Part shown: piece after piece, positions 12,170 to 23,565 of the stretch
Numbering within the stretch: position 1 is the stretch's first letter
How the letters are laid out: every line of letters begins with the position of its first letter
Origin: Prorocentrum cordatum
Taxonomy: Eukaryota
Direction of reading: 5' to 3'
Length of the DNA stretch: 64,000 nucleotides
Assembly: GCA_963575745.1 (NCBI GenBank)
Contig: CAUYUJ010000291.1
Location: 1 to 64,000, forward strand
Made by a program: the position numbers and the translations under genes
Notes under the pieces: model-generated
Told to the model about the DNA's origin: nothing
Database searches by the model: none
Seen by the model: only the letters and a program-made list of their open reading frames with translations

Positions 12170-14379
12170 ATAGCCGGAGTGCAGTATCCCCAAACAGGGT
12201 TTTTAGACCCACTGCGGTTTCCAAGGTCGATTGCGTGCCCGTCCAGTGCGGGCTGGCATGGCATGTTAAAACATGCCTTCTCCTCCTCCTCCTCCTCCTC
12301 CTCCTCCTCCTCCTCCACCTCCTCTTCATCCCGAACGGCATCTCGGAGCCCAGAGTTGCGAGGATGTCTCCAGCGTAACGGGCTGGACCACCTCGCGCGC
12401 GGCATTTCGGACCCCAGAGTTGCGACGCTGTCTCGGGCGAAACGTGCTGCGAGGAAGTCTCAGGCGAAACGGGCCGGACCACCTCGAGCGCGGCGTCTCA
12501 GAGCTCCGAGTTGCGGGGGCCTCCTGGGCCTCCTGTGGCCTCCTGGACCCCACCTGGGGCTTCCTGAAGCCTCTTGGGGCTCGCAGGGGGGGATAACTAA
12601 CATGTGGCCGTCGGGGCCCCCCAAAATGGGGAGGGGGTCACAAGAGCAGGAAGAATCAACGAATCGACACCGGATGTGTATTAACTTGACACGTTCTGAT
12701 AGGGGGCCTCCTGGGGCATCCTGGGAGCCTCCTGGGAATCTCCTGCGGACCCCTGGGGCCTGTCCTGGGCGTCCTGCGGCCTCCTGAAGCTCACTGGGGC
12801 CTCCTGGGGCTCCCAGGGTCCCAGGGGGGACATGTAACACTCGTGTTCTGTGGCCCCCAGGCTGGACCACCATTTGCCGCAGCATCTGAAAGTGGCGAGT
12901 GCGAGAATGTCTTGTGCGAAACGGGTCCGACCACCTGCGCACTACATCCTCAGAGCTCAAGATGCGAGGAGTCTCAGGCGAAACGGGCTGGACCACACCT
13001 CGCGTCGCGGACATCTCGCACCCCAGAGTTGCGACGATGTCTCGGAGCGGCGTGCACAGTGCGTCGCCGTATCAGGCGAAAGGCACGGAGGTGATGCAAG
13101 TGGTGACGGTCAGTAGCTCCGAGTTGCGGGGGGCCTCCTGGTGCTTCCTGGGGCCTCCTGGGGACCTCCTGGAGCTTCCTCCTGGGCCTCCTGTGGCCTC
13201 CTGAACTCCACCTGAGGTTTCCTGAAGCATCTTGGGGCTCCCAGGGGGGATATCTAACCTGTGGCCGCTTGGGCCTCTCCAAATGGAGGGGGGGGCACAA
13301 GAGCAGAAAAATCAACGAATCGAAACTGATGTGTATAACTTGACTACGTTTGATAGGGGGCCTCCTGGGCCTCCTGGCGGTGCCTCCTGGGAATCTCCTG
13401 CGGACCCCTGGGGCCTGTCCTGGGCGTCCTGCGGACTCCTGGAGCTCTCTGGGGCCTCCTGGGGCTCCCAGGGTCCCAGGGGGGATATGTAACATGTGGT
13501 CTTCTGGGCCCCCAGGCTGGACCACCTCTTGCGCAGCATCTGAGAGCTCAGAGTTGCGAGAATGTCTTGTGCGAAACGGGCCAGACCAACTTGCGCACGG
13601 CATCTCAGAGCTTAGAGTTGCGAGGATGTCTCAGGCGAGACGGGAAGGACCACGTCGCGCGCGCGCAGGGCACCCAGAAGCTCCAGAGCTCAGAAGTTCC
13701 GAGGATGTCTCGTCTGGGTCAGGGCCCAGGGAGGATATGTAAACATGTAGTCTTCTGAGCCCCAGGCTGGACCACTCTTGAGAGCACACGGAGCACCCAT
13801 CTGGGAGCTCAGAGATGCGAGAATGTCTTGTGCAAAACGGGCCAGACCACCTTGCGCACGGCATCTCAGAGCTCAGAGTTGCGAGGATGTCTCAGGCGAG
13901 ACGGGCCGGACCACCTCGCGCAGGGCATCTCAGAGCTCAGAACTTCGAGGATGTCTCAGGCGAAAAGGGCCGGACCACCTCTCGCGCGGCATCTCCGAGG
14001 TCAGAGTTTCGAGGATGTCTCAGGCGAAACGGGCCGGACCACCTCGCGCAGGGCATCTCAGAGCTCAGAGTTTCGAGGATGTCTCAGGCGAAACGGCCCG
14101 GACCACCTCTCGCACGGCACATCGGGGCTCAGAGTTTCGAGGATGTCTCAAGCGAAACGGCCCGGACCACCTCTCGCACGGCGTCCCGGAGCGCAAGTTT
14201 TCGAGGATGTCTCAGGCGAAAGGGCCAATCCCGGCCAATTCAGAAACGAGAGTTGTGAGGATGTCTCAAGCGAAACGGCCCGGACCATCAAATTTGTTTG
14301 AGGATGTCTCTGCTCCGATTTCCCTCGGCCGGAGTTAGCTTCTATCACAACAGCCTCCGTTCAGCAAGCTGTTTGGGGA
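12170..14379 (-). mobile_element. Non-autonomous Helitron2/Helentron-like element carrying a ~63-bp satellite and an internal ~0.65-kb-period duplication
   Basis: Subterminal TCCCCAAACAG (12187-12197) pairs with terminal CTGTTTGGGGA (14369-14379); hairpin AACAGC..GCTGTT at right end; abuts an A run; unit GAGGATGTCTCAGGCGAAACGGGCCGGACCACC. Confidence 0.55.
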
Positions 14380-15550
14380 AAAAAACAATGTTTGTGCGTG
14401 TGTGTTTGTCCAAGATGCGACCGATCAGGTAGTCAGGATGGCTAGGGTGTTGCATGCCAGTCGGAAGGGGGCAGTGGTCAACAGATGGGGCTCTGGTTAA
14501 CGAAGACCCTCACATGTTGACGTGCAGACGTACATTCACGTACTTACTTTTTTCCCAACCCTCCTTGGTTGGGTATTCGTTTTGAATAGAGCAGTGTGGT
14601 CTCCACTCCTTCCTCCTCCTCCTCCCTCCCTCCCTGCCTCTTCCTGTCTTGCCTGCGGGGGGCTGCGATCTGTGAAACTGTCGCCATTTTCGAGGCCTGC
14701 TGGGGGGGGGGCCCCAGAACCGTGGAGGGCAGACGCGCCGGATTCAAATTAGACTCGCCATAGGGGGGGGCCATCCCTGGGGGGGCTGCGATCTGTGAAA
14801 CTGTCGCCATGTTCGAGGCCTGCTGGGGGGCCCAGCACAGTGAGGGCGACGCGCAGATTCAAATGAGACCTCGCCATCCCTGGGGGGCTGCGATCTGTGA
14901 ACTCGCCCAGCACAGTGAGGGCGACGCGCGGATTCAAATTAGACCTCGCCATCCCTGGGGGGCTGCGATCTGTGAAACTGTCGCCATTTTCGAGGCCTGC
15001 TGGGGGGCCCAGCACAGTGAGGGCCACGGGCAGATTCAAATGAGACCTCGCCATCCCTGGGGGGGCTGCGATCTGTGAAACTGTCGCCATTTTCGAGGCC
15101 TGCTGGGGGGCCCAGCACAGTGAGGGCGACGCGCAGATTCAAATTAGACCTCGCCATCCCTGGGGGGGCTGCGATCTGTGAAACTGTCGCCATTTTCGAG
15201 GCCTGCGGGGGGCTCAGCACAGTAGGGCGACGCGCAGATTCAAATTAGACCTCGCCATCCCTGTGGGCTGCGATTTGTGAAACTGTCGCCATTTTCGAGG
15301 CCTGCTGGGGGGCCCAGCACAGTGAGGGCGACGCGCAGATTCAAATTAGACCTCGCCATCCCTGGGGGGCTGCGATCTGTGAACTGTCGCCATTTTCGAG
15401 GCCTGCTGGGGGGCCCAGCACAGTGAGGGCGACGCGCAGATTCAAATTAGACCTCGCCATCCCTGGGGGGCTGAACAGAACAGAACAGAAGCCTTGCGCC
15501 GGCCACAGCGCGTGAGCAATGGGTGAAAATGTGCACGGAAACGGATGCCT

Positions 15551-18500
15551 TCAGCACGCCGCCCATGCCTTGACCGCCTGCTCCCACCTGCGAGCTGCAC
15601 CGCCCTCTCGGCGGAAGTAATCAGCAAGTCGCTCATGGGAGCCGGCAACATTCAAGCAGTTCTTCAGCACCATGGGCCCCCAAGACTGTCTCGGGCGGCC
15701 TCTTCTCCATTTCCCAAGAAGGCTCTTGAGAACCAGACCGCCCGGCTCAAACACCGAGCTTCTGACTGGATCTTCGTCTGGTCTTCTCGCCAAATGGCCC
15801 ATGTACAACATCTGTCTACGCGCAAGACTATGGCTCAGAGGCGTCTGTTGGCTGATCTGCAGAACTGCACGGTTCGACACCCGACTGATGTACGACGGAG
15901 AGACTCTGCAAATACGTCTGAGACAATAATTCTGGAACCCGTCGAGCCGTCTTCGCTCGGCCTGGTTAAGACACGCAGTGAATAATACATACGTGAGTTT
16001 GGAAACAACGCAAGCATTAAATATACGTAGTTTCTGTCTCCTACTCAAAGTCGAATGCGACCATATTCTTGCAAGCACCTTGAAGTCACTTCTGGCCGCC
16101 CCAATTCTCCGACTCAGTTCTGTGCCTATGCGCCCGTCCGAAGCAAGAGACGTCCCGAGATAAGTTAATGATTGCTTGGCTGGGATGGGGACCTCGTTGC
16201 GTCCCAAAATATCAGCTTCGGTCCTTACTTTCATAAGTTCCAACTTGCCCCAATTGAACTGCAGCCCGCACTGGCCCCCGCACTCCTCAATGCAGCGCAT
16301 CAGCTCTTGAACGAGGGCTGGGTCGGAGTCTATGAGCAACGTGTCGTCCGCGTACACGAGCTCCCTCGCAAACTGGTTTTCAGGTATCAGTCCGGCACGA
16401 CTCTGCTGAAGCAGCGCGTGCGCGTCCGTGAGAAGCGTCGTCATCACAATGGTGAACAGAAAAGGGGACAGCGGACAGCCTTGGCATATGCCGTACCTCT
16501 GCTGATGGATGCTGGACGTGGCCCCGAAGTCCCTCACGACGAACTTGCGCTCGCTGTAAATCGACACGACGACGTCCACGAAAACTTCTGGGCAACCAAA
16601 TCTCCGCAAAGACCTGGCGAGCGCGTCCGGCGAGACCGAGTCGAATGCCTTGGCCCAGTCGAGTGCCAGGAACAAGCGACTTGCATCTCTTGTTGACCAT
16701 GTGTCGTCCAGCACCCGGCGGGCTAGGAACACTGCGTCTGCCGTGCCCCGCCCGGAGCGGAACCCGAATTGGGTTCGCCAGATGCGGTCTTCGGCCCCCG
16801 CCTGCTTCAGCCTCTGGAGCAGGATGGTTGCGAACAATTTGTAGCCGATGGGCGAGATACTGATGGGGCGGTAGTTCTCGCATTCTGCAGGGTCGCCCTT
16901 CTTGAACAGCATCGACACCCTCGCATGCCTCCAAGCTTCTGGGATCTTACCTTGTCTCCAAACGTCGGTGTAGAATTTTGCCAGATAGCTCGGGAGACCT
17001 CCCGCGTCGCTCGCCGCTGCTTTCCAGAATTCGGGTGGCACCCCGTCAAGGCCAGAAGCGCGTCCTCGCTTCAATTTCGCAGCTGCGGCCTTCACCTCCC
17101 CCACTGTGATATCACCCATGGAGATGGGCAGGTCGTTGTCGGCAATCCGTGCAGCAACTGGCGGTGCCACTGACGTGGGTCTGACTGCCCACTGCACCCT
17201 CTCGAGGTAGTCGGCCAGAGTCTCAGCACGCTGGTCCGTCTCCACAATGCCCTTGTTGACGTCACGAAGCCTGCCCTGTCTGCGGACAGGGCCTTTCCGG
17301 AGCCTCCTAATCTGATTCCAATCAGCGGATTCCGTGACCGATTCGATCCAAGCGGCCTTGTCCCTGGCAACCGAAGCGCGGATTTTCTTCGACAGGCGCT
17401 TCTCCTCGTCAGTGTCGCCCTGCCTTCTGGCGCTCCCACGGCGCTCGATCAGCCCCAGCGTTCCGGCGCTCGTCCACGGCCTTGTGGTCCGCCTCGGAAG
17501 GAATGGCAACGTGCGTTCGGCAGCGTGATGAAAACCGTCCACGATACGACTCCAACCAAGATCGACATCCTCGCCTCCAGCTGCTGTGTCCTCGAAGCCC
17601 TCCAAAGCATTCAACATGTTCACGTTGAAAAAGCAAGCGGCGAGTGGGTCGGAGAGGGCTGTGACATCAAGGCGTGGACTCTGACTCGCAGGCGCCGTCT
17701 TCTCAACTGACATACGGACGCACGCAGTCAACAAGAAATGATGGGTCGACAACGGCACGTCGTGCCTAGCAGCCACGCCAGTGATGTCCTGGAGAAAAGT
17801 CCTCTCGCAGAGTACGAAATCGATCTGCGAGTGCGTCGAGGATCCAATTTGTAGCCCGGCAGGCGTACCCACGTTGTAGTTAGTGACAAGGTTGTGATCC
17901 GGCACGTCAAAAAATGTGTTTGCAACGCACATGTTCAGATTCTCGCACATCTCAACCATGAGGTGCCGGTTGGCGTCTTCCTTGCACGTCTGGTGGGGGT
18001 GTTTGAAAATATAGGGCCCCACCGCGTCACTCTCTCCATCGAGTTGGCCATACAACTTTGCATTCATGTCTCCTAACACAAGCTTGGGTCCATGAGCGGA
18101 TCTTGTGGAAACGAATTCTGACAAGCTCGTGAAGAAGTCAAACCGCCGCCGGAACTCGTAACCGCTGTGCGGCGCGTATGCAGAGAAAATAACAGCTTTA
18201 CCTCCTGGGATCCGAAGCTTGAGCGATGCCATGCGGTCCGTCGCCTGGCAAAATCCAACCACAGAGTGCCTGAAACTTGGATGTACGATGAAGCCCACTC
18301 CAGCCCGCTCGTCCTCTGGGTCTCCCGCACCGCCGGAAAGGACAACGAGGTAGCCGGAATCCGTGACGTACGTGATAGATTTTGATGTCCATGTCTCCTG
18401 TAGGCACAAGATCTTGATATGTAATTTATCCATGATGGATTCTAGCTCAATTTGTTTCGAGTCTGTATGCCCTTCGATGTTCCAAGATGCAATGTTGAAT

Positions 18501-18607
18501 TCGTCAGCCGTGGCAGGGCGTAAACGACCACCCCGAGCCGCAGAAAGTGACAACTTGGCTTGGCCAGCTGGATGTCCACATACTGCAGGTGAAACGTCAT
18601 TGCTCAC
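15551..18607 (-). CDS. LINE ORF2: APE-type endonuclease plus reverse transcriptase (1018 aa from a GTG)
   Basis: EN motifs IASWNIEG, LCLQETW, GVGFIV, SAYAP, LGDMNA, QIDFV; RT motifs NYRPIS, QFGFR, LDWAKAFDSV, QGCPLSP, YADD, YLG; RTE-type C-terminus YMGHLAR...RGRPRQSW. Confidence 0.97.
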   Translation of the reverse strand: MSNDVSPAVCGHPAGQAKLSLSAARGGRLRPATADEFNIASWNIEGHTDSKQIELESIMDKLHIKILCLQETWTSKSITYVTDSGYLVVLSGGAGDPEDERAGVGFIVHPSFRHSVVGFCQATDRMASLKLRIPGGKAVIFSAYAPHSGYEFRRRFDFFTSLSEFVSTRSAHGPKLVLGDMNAKLYGQLDGESDAVGPYIFKHPHQTCKEDANRHLMVEMCENLNMCVANTFFDVPDHNLVTNYNVGTPAGLQIGSSTHSQIDFVLCERTFLQDITGVAARHDVPLSTHHFLLTACVRMSVEKTAPASQSPRLDVTALSDPLAACFFNVNMLNALEGFEDTAAGGEDVDLGWSRIVDGFHHAAERTLPFLPRRTTRPWTSAGTLGLIERRGSARRQGDTDEEKRLSKKIRASVARDKAAWIESVTESADWNQIRRLRKGPVRRQGRLRDVNKGIVETDQRAETLADYLERVQWAVRPTSVAPPVAARIADNDLPISMGDITVGEVKAAAAKLKRGRASGLDGVPPEFWKAAASDAGGLPSYLAKFYTDVWRQGKIPEAWRHARVSMLFKKGDPAECENYRPISISPIGYKLFATILLQRLKQAGAEDRIWRTQFGFRSGRGTADAVFLARRVLDDTWSTRDASRLFLALDWAKAFDSVSPDALARSLRRFGCPEVFVDVVVSIYSERKFVVRDFGATSSIHQQRYGICQGCPLSPFLFTIVMTTLLTDAHALLQQSRAGLIPENQFARELVYADDTLLIDSDPALVQELMRCIEECGGQCGLQFNWGKLELMKVRTEADILGRNEVPIPAKQSLTYLGTSLASDGRIGTELSRRIGAARSDFKVLARIWSHSTLSRRQKLRIFNACVVSKLTYVLFTACLNQAERRRLDGFQNYCLRRICRVSPSYISRVSNRAVLQISQQTPLSHSLARRQMLYMGHLARRPDEDPVRSSVFEPGGLVLKSLLGKWRRGRPRQSWGPMVLKNCLNVAGSHERLADYFRREGGAARRWEQAVKAWAAC

Positions 18608-18622
18608 GCACAGTTGGCGCCC

Positions 18623-19666
18623 CTACTTGCTTCCCTTGGCGGCAGCCTTCCCTTTCCCCTTCCCTTTCCCGAGGCCTTTGGACGGGATCTTGCCGAGCTT
18701 GGCGTTGAGGTTCGCGACCAAGTCCTGGAAGTTGGTGTAGCCGTCCTGCTTGAACCATTCCTCCCAGCCCGTGCCAAAATCGGTCTCAAACTTGTTGCCC
18801 ACGATCCTCCCGCTCACCGCCACATCGGCACCAACCCACACCGTGCCCTCCGGGTCCGCCCAGACGCTCTCGGCCGTGAAGCCCCACTGCTTGAGAAGGT
18901 GTTTGACGCTAAACGCGAAAGACGTGAGGATGCGCTTGGGGAGAACCATGTCCCTCTTTGCCCAAATATCGTTCCCGCCCTCCTTGAGAGAGGCCTGGCG
19001 GAGGAGTTTCACGGCAGTGTCCCTGTCAGCACGGCTCCTGAATCGAACGAAGATGAGACCACGAAACTCCCTTTTAGAGTACACCTCTGCCGGCTGCGGC
19101 CCGTAGAGGTCCCACATGTTCGCCTCTATCCACTTCTTCGCGTTCTCCGTGCTGCCGATCGTCTGAAGGCCACCGACCACCGCAGTGTACTCCTCGTATT
19201 GGTTCCCATTGCTCTTCTGCGTGTTGTCCATCAGCTTGAGCTCCGAGATCTGGGCCTCCAGCATCTTCAACTGTTCTCGCACTTCTGCATCTGTCCGGGA
19301 ACCCGCCGAACTGGTTTCCAAGTGCGTCAGGCGCGCGTCCATGTTCTCCATCTTGCTCTCTACCTCCGTCATCCTCTCCTCCATGGTCCCTCCGATCTCT
19401 GTCACTTTGCGCTCTAAGCCCTCCACCGCCTTCCGAAGTGGCTGCACCTCCTGCTTCAAAAGGTTCGCGATCTGCTGGAGCGTTGGCGGCTGCGCCGCTG
19501 CCTCCTCCGGAGTGCCCGGTGCCATTGGCGAAGATATCTGATGTACCTCCGGGCGCGGCGGGGACAAGTCGAGGTCGTCATCCATCTCGTGGAGGGGGCT
19601 AAACAAGCGGCGACGAACGTCTCGGGTGAGAGTTTCGGCAACTGGTGTTCCTGGCCCACGCGTCAT
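18623..19666 (-). CDS. LINE ORF1 (347 aa): coiled coil, RRM-like domain, basic GKGKGK tail
   Basis: ATG at 19666 (MTRGPG); heptad-like LRKAVEGLERKVTEI..MDARLTHLE; RNP-like TAVVGGL and RGLIFVRF. Confidence 0.85.
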   Translation of the reverse strand: MTRGPGTPVAETLTRDVRRRLFSPLHEMDDDLDLSPPRPEVHQISSPMAPGTPEEAAAQPPTLQQIANLLKQEVQPLRKAVEGLERKVTEIGGTMEERMTEVESKMENMDARLTHLETSSAGSRTDAEVREQLKMLEAQISELKLMDNTQKSNGNQYEEYTAVVGGLQTIGSTENAKKWIEANMWDLYGPQPAEVYSKREFRGLIFVRFRSRADRDTAVKLLRQASLKEGGNDIWAKRDMVLPKRILTSFAFSVKHLLKQWGFTAESVWADPEGTVWVGADVAVSGRIVGNKFETDFGTGWEEWFKQDGYTNFQDLVANLNAKLGKIPSKGLGKGKGKGKAAAKGSK

Positions 19667-19762
19667 CGGAAGGTACGGGTATGGGAATGGAAAATGGGAA
19701 ATGTTGGAATAGGAAGAATTGGAGAGTAATCGGAATGGAAAATGGGAAATGTTGGACTTGCC

Positions 19763-19839
19763 CTTGAGCCAATTCGACCCCTTGAGCCAAAATGGCTTGA
19801 GCCAAAATGGCTTGAGCCAAAATGGCTTGAGCCAATTCG
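19763..19839 (-). other. Tandem dinoflagellate spliced-leader relics at the LINE 5' end
   Basis: Three perfect CCATTTTGGCTCAAG (19781-19825), the last 15 nt of DinoSL DCCGTAGCCATTTTGGCTCAAG, flanked by two CGAATTGGCTCAAG variants. Confidence 0.93.
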
Positions 19840-21894
19840 ATCCCTGGGGGGCTGCGATCTGTAAAACTGCCGCCATTTTCGAGGCCTGCTGGGGGGCCCA
19901 GCACAGTGACGCCACGGGCAGATTCAAATGATACCTCGCCATCCCTGGGGGGGTGCGATCTGTGAAACTGTCGCCATTTTCGAGGCCTGCTGGGGGGCCC
20001 AGCACAGTGAGGGCCACGGGCAGATTCAAATTAGACCTCGCCATCCCTGGGGGGCTGCGATCTGTGAAACTGTCGCCATTTTCGAGGCCTGCTGGGGGGC
20101 CCAGCACAGTGAGGGCCACGGGCAGATTCAAATTAGACCTCGCCATCCCTGGGGGGCTGCGATCTGTGAAACTGTCGCCATTTTCGAGGCCTGCGGGGGG
20201 CCCAGCACAGTGAGGGCCACGGGCGGATTCAAATTAGACCTCGCCATCTCTGCGGGGGTGCGATCTGTGGAAACTGTCGCCACTTTCGAGGCCTGCTGGG
20301 GGGCCCTGCACAGTTACGCCACGGGCATATTCAAACGAGACCTCGCCATCCCTTGGGGGGGCTGCGATCTGTGAAACTGTCGCCACTTTCGAGGCCTGCT
20401 GGGGGGCTCAGCACAGTGAGGGCGACGCGCAGATCAAATTAGACCTCGCCATCCCTGGGGGGCTGCGATCTGTGAAACTGTCGCCATTTTCGAGGCCTGC
20501 TGGGGGGCTCAGCACAGTGAGGGCGACGCGCAGATTCAAATGAGAGCTCGCCATCCCTGGGGGGCTGCGATCTGTGAAACTGTCGCCATTTTCGAGGCCT
20601 GCTGGGGGGCCCGCACAGTGAGGGCGACGCGCGGATTCAAAGTAGACCTCGCCATCCGTTGGGGGTCTGCGATCTGTGAAACTGTCGCCACTTTCGAGGC
20701 CTGCTGGGGGGCCCATCACAGTGACGGCCACGCGCGGATTCAAATTAGACCTCGCCATCCTTGGGGGGGGGCTGCGATCTGTGAAACTGTCGCCATTTTC
20801 GAGGCCTGCTGGGGGGGCTCAGCACAGTGAGGGCGACGCGCAGATCCAAATTAGACCTCGCCATCCCTGGGGGTGCTGCGATCTGTGAAGCTGTCGCCAT
20901 TTTCGAGGCCTGCTGGGGGGCTCAGCGCAGTGAGGGCGACGCGCAGATTCAAATTAGACCTCGCCATCCCTGGGGGGGGCGGCGATCTGTGAAACTGTCG
21001 CCATTTTCGAGGCTTGCTGGGGGGCCCAGCACAGTGAGGGCGACGCGCAGATTCAAATTAGACCTCGCCATCCCTGGGGGGCTGCGATCTGTGAAACTGT
21101 TGCAATTTTCGAGGCCTGCTGGGGGGCCCAGCACAGTGACGCCACGGGCAGACTCAAATTAGACCTCGCCATCCCTGGGGGGCTGCGATCTGTGAAACTG
21201 TCGCCACTTTCGAGGCCTGCTGGGGGGCCCAGCACAGTGACGCCACGGCAGACTCAAATTAGACCTCGCCATCCCTGGGGGGCTGCGATCTGTGAAACTG
21301 TCGCCACTTTCGAGGCCTGCTGGGGGGCCCAGCACAGTGACGCCACGGGCAGACTCAAATTAGACCTCGCCATCCCTGGGGGGGGGGGGGGGGCTGCGAT
21401 CTGTGAAACTGTCGCCATTTTCGAGGCCTGCTGGGGGGCCCAGCACAGTGAGGGCCACGCGCGGATTCAAATTAGACCTCGCCATCCCTGGGGGGCTGCG
21501 ATCTGTGAAACTGTCGCCATTTTCGAGGCCTGCTGGGGGGCCCAGCACAGTGACGCCACGCCGTCCCTGGGGGGCTGCGATCTGTGAAACTGTCGCCACT
21601 TTCGAGGCCTGCTGGGGCGGCCAGCACAGTGACGCCACGCGCGGACCCAAATTAGACCTTGCCGTCCTTTGGGGGCTGCGATCTGTGAAACTGTCGCCAC
21701 TTTCGAGGCCTGCTGGGGGGCCCAGCACAGTGACGCCACGCGCGGACCCAAACTAGATCTCGCCATCCCTGGGGGGCTGCGATCTGTGAAACTGTCGCCA
21801 CTTTCGAGGCCTGCTGGGGGGCCCAGCACAGTGACGCCACGCGCGGACCCAAATTAAACCTCGCCATCCCTGGGAGGCTGCGATCTGCGATCCT

Positions 21895-22380
21895 TCCTTT
21901 CGAAGTGGCTAGGGTTGCTCAGGGATTGTAACTAATCCGCTTTATCTAGTCCTTGTCCTGTAGCCAGTGTCCTGCGAGTCTCCCGAATTCCGTCTGCAGA
22001 CATATGTAACCCTCGCTCCGTCATCGCCCCCCTTATAAAGTGTCCTAAACTATTTGCGCCCCGCGTTTGCGCAGGGGTTGGGTACGTCGCCAGGGTAATT
22101 TCATTATTCGGCCCTGTAGGAGAGAGCAAAGGGGTGGGAGATAAGGACGGAGCTGGTAGTTCGACGGCATCCCGTTCCACCATTGTCAAGTGTGCGGGGT
22201 GTGGCATTTCTCCCAGCATCAGCGCTTCGAGCACTCGGTCTGAGTTGGTCCTCGCCCGCTTCTTCACCTTCCCTTCCTTCATCCGTCCAGGTGCAAGGGG
22301 TGCGCGCACGGGAACACCAGTGGCAGCCTGACGTTCACTCGCACTTCGCCTCCCCAGACACCCGATGGGGGGCCGTCATC
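21895..22380 (-). pseudogene. Possible decayed LINE fragment (start of endonuclease)
   Basis: GLHMSADGIRETRR resembles the APE QETR motif; interrupted by stops. Confidence 0.3.
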
Positions 22381-23109
22381 TGACAACCCCACCGATCCCG
22401 TCAGGGCCTTCGCTGCGTGCGCAAGGGAGTGGCGCGGGGTGGGGGCTTTTAAGAAGGCAGGGGGGCTTCTTGAGAAACCCCATTCTGGCTTCTAAGAAGC
22501 CTTCTTAGAACACCGAGGCGGTTCCAAGAAGTTGCCTGCCTTCTGAAAAAGTCCCTCGCCATCTTCGAAGCCCTCCCCAGTCGCGCCACCCCCCTCTGCG
22601 CCACCCCCCTCTGCGCCAAGAACCGACCCTGGGCCCAGGCCGGCCCTCCCCTGGCCTCCCTGGCCTGGCCGGGAGGCCGCATGCACCGACCGCTGAGGCC
22701 CAGGAGTGGGCCTTCAGCCAGGATCGGCGGGATGCGACCCGTCGACGACCCCCCCCCCTCTGAGACCCGACGTTGCGACGCAATGGCGCCATCGAAGGAA
22801 ATCAGAATCGCAGCTCCAGATCCCAACTGTTTTCTGCGGCGTCTTTCGGGCCTTGGCATCTCTTGGACGTGTGCACTTCTTCTCGGCGGGGATCATTGAG
22901 GAGCATCCTGGATCATCCCGCGAAAAGCACACACACACACGCACACACACACGAACAAAAAACAAAAAACAGGGAATGGACGTCCGAGCGATGGCCAGGG
23001 GCCGCATCGATGCGACTGCGACCCTGCCTCCGCGGCCCGACGCCGGGCGGCAGCGCCCTTCAGTTGCAGCGCCGGGATCTCGGGGCCCGACCCGACCTCG
23101 CGCCTGGCC

Positions 23110-23332
23110 GGGCGTTGCGTAATGGGGGGGTCATAAATGGGGGGGCGGCGAGGGTGGTCCGAAAAGGTACCCAATGGGGGGGTCATAAATGGGGGGGCGG
23201 CGAGGGTGGTCCGAAAAGGTACCCAAACGGTACCTAAACGAGCCCCCTGGGGCTCTGGAGGGGCCCGAAAGGGGCACGAAAGGGGACCTTTTCTGACCCC
23301 CCCATTTGTGACCCCCCCATTAAGCAACGCCC
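23110..23332. mobile_element. MITE-like element, ~34-bp TIRs
   Basis: GGGCGTTGCGTAATGGGGGGGTCATAAATGGGGG pairs with CCCCCATTTGTGACCCCCCCATTAAGCAACGCCC; TSD not evident. Confidence 0.8.
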
Positions 23333-23394
23333 AAGCAGAGTTTCCGATACTGCTACTTCCTTAGGGGAGCGAAGAGCGACGTAGAGACAAAGGC

Positions 23395-23528
23395 TCGGAG
23401 GTCCGCGCGGATTCCTCGGATCCGCGCTGGACCCCCTTTGGAGGCGCCTCCGGCGCCGCCCCTGGCGCGCTCCGCGCGCCAGGGAGGGGGTCCAGCGCGG
23501 ATCCAAGAAATCCGCGCGGACCTCCGAG
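23395..23528. mobile_element. Short foldback MITE-like element, ~43-bp TIRs
   Basis: CTCGGAGGTCCGCGCGGATTCCTCGGATCCGCGCTGGACCCCC pairs with GGGGGTCCAGCGCGGATCCAAGAAATCCGCGCGGACCTCCGAG. Confidence 0.8.
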
Positions 23529-23565
23529 TTTTTATGTTCGTGTCATTTCTCGTTCCCCCATGCCT

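Larger units (their letters stand above)
15474..19839 (-). mobile_element. Full-length, apparently intact non-LTR retrotransposon (RTE/RTE-X-like LINE), 4366 bp
   Basis: 15-bp TSD ATCCCTGGGGGGCTG (15459-15473, 19840-19854); 3' (TTCTG)n tail 15474-15490; two uninterrupted ORFs. Confidence 0.96.
14655..21890. repeat. 102-bp tandem satellite, interrupted by a LINE at 15474-19839
   Basis: TGCGATCTGTGAAACTGTCGCCATTTTCGAGGCCTGCTGGGGGGCCCAGCACAGTGA recurs with period 102 (e.g. 19954, 20056). Confidence 0.97.

Noticed and set aside
19763..19839. SL RNA gene
   Set aside because: No full 22-nt leader followed by a GT intron; these are truncated relics inside a LINE.
19667..20146. N-terminal extension of the 507-aa ORF
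   Set aside because: Runs through the 5' UTR, SL relics, TSD and satellite; ORF1 more plausibly starts at ATG 19666.
14655..21890. CRISPR-like regular repeats
   Set aside because: Whole 102-bp units repeat with no unique spacers and no cas genes; this is eukaryotic satellite.
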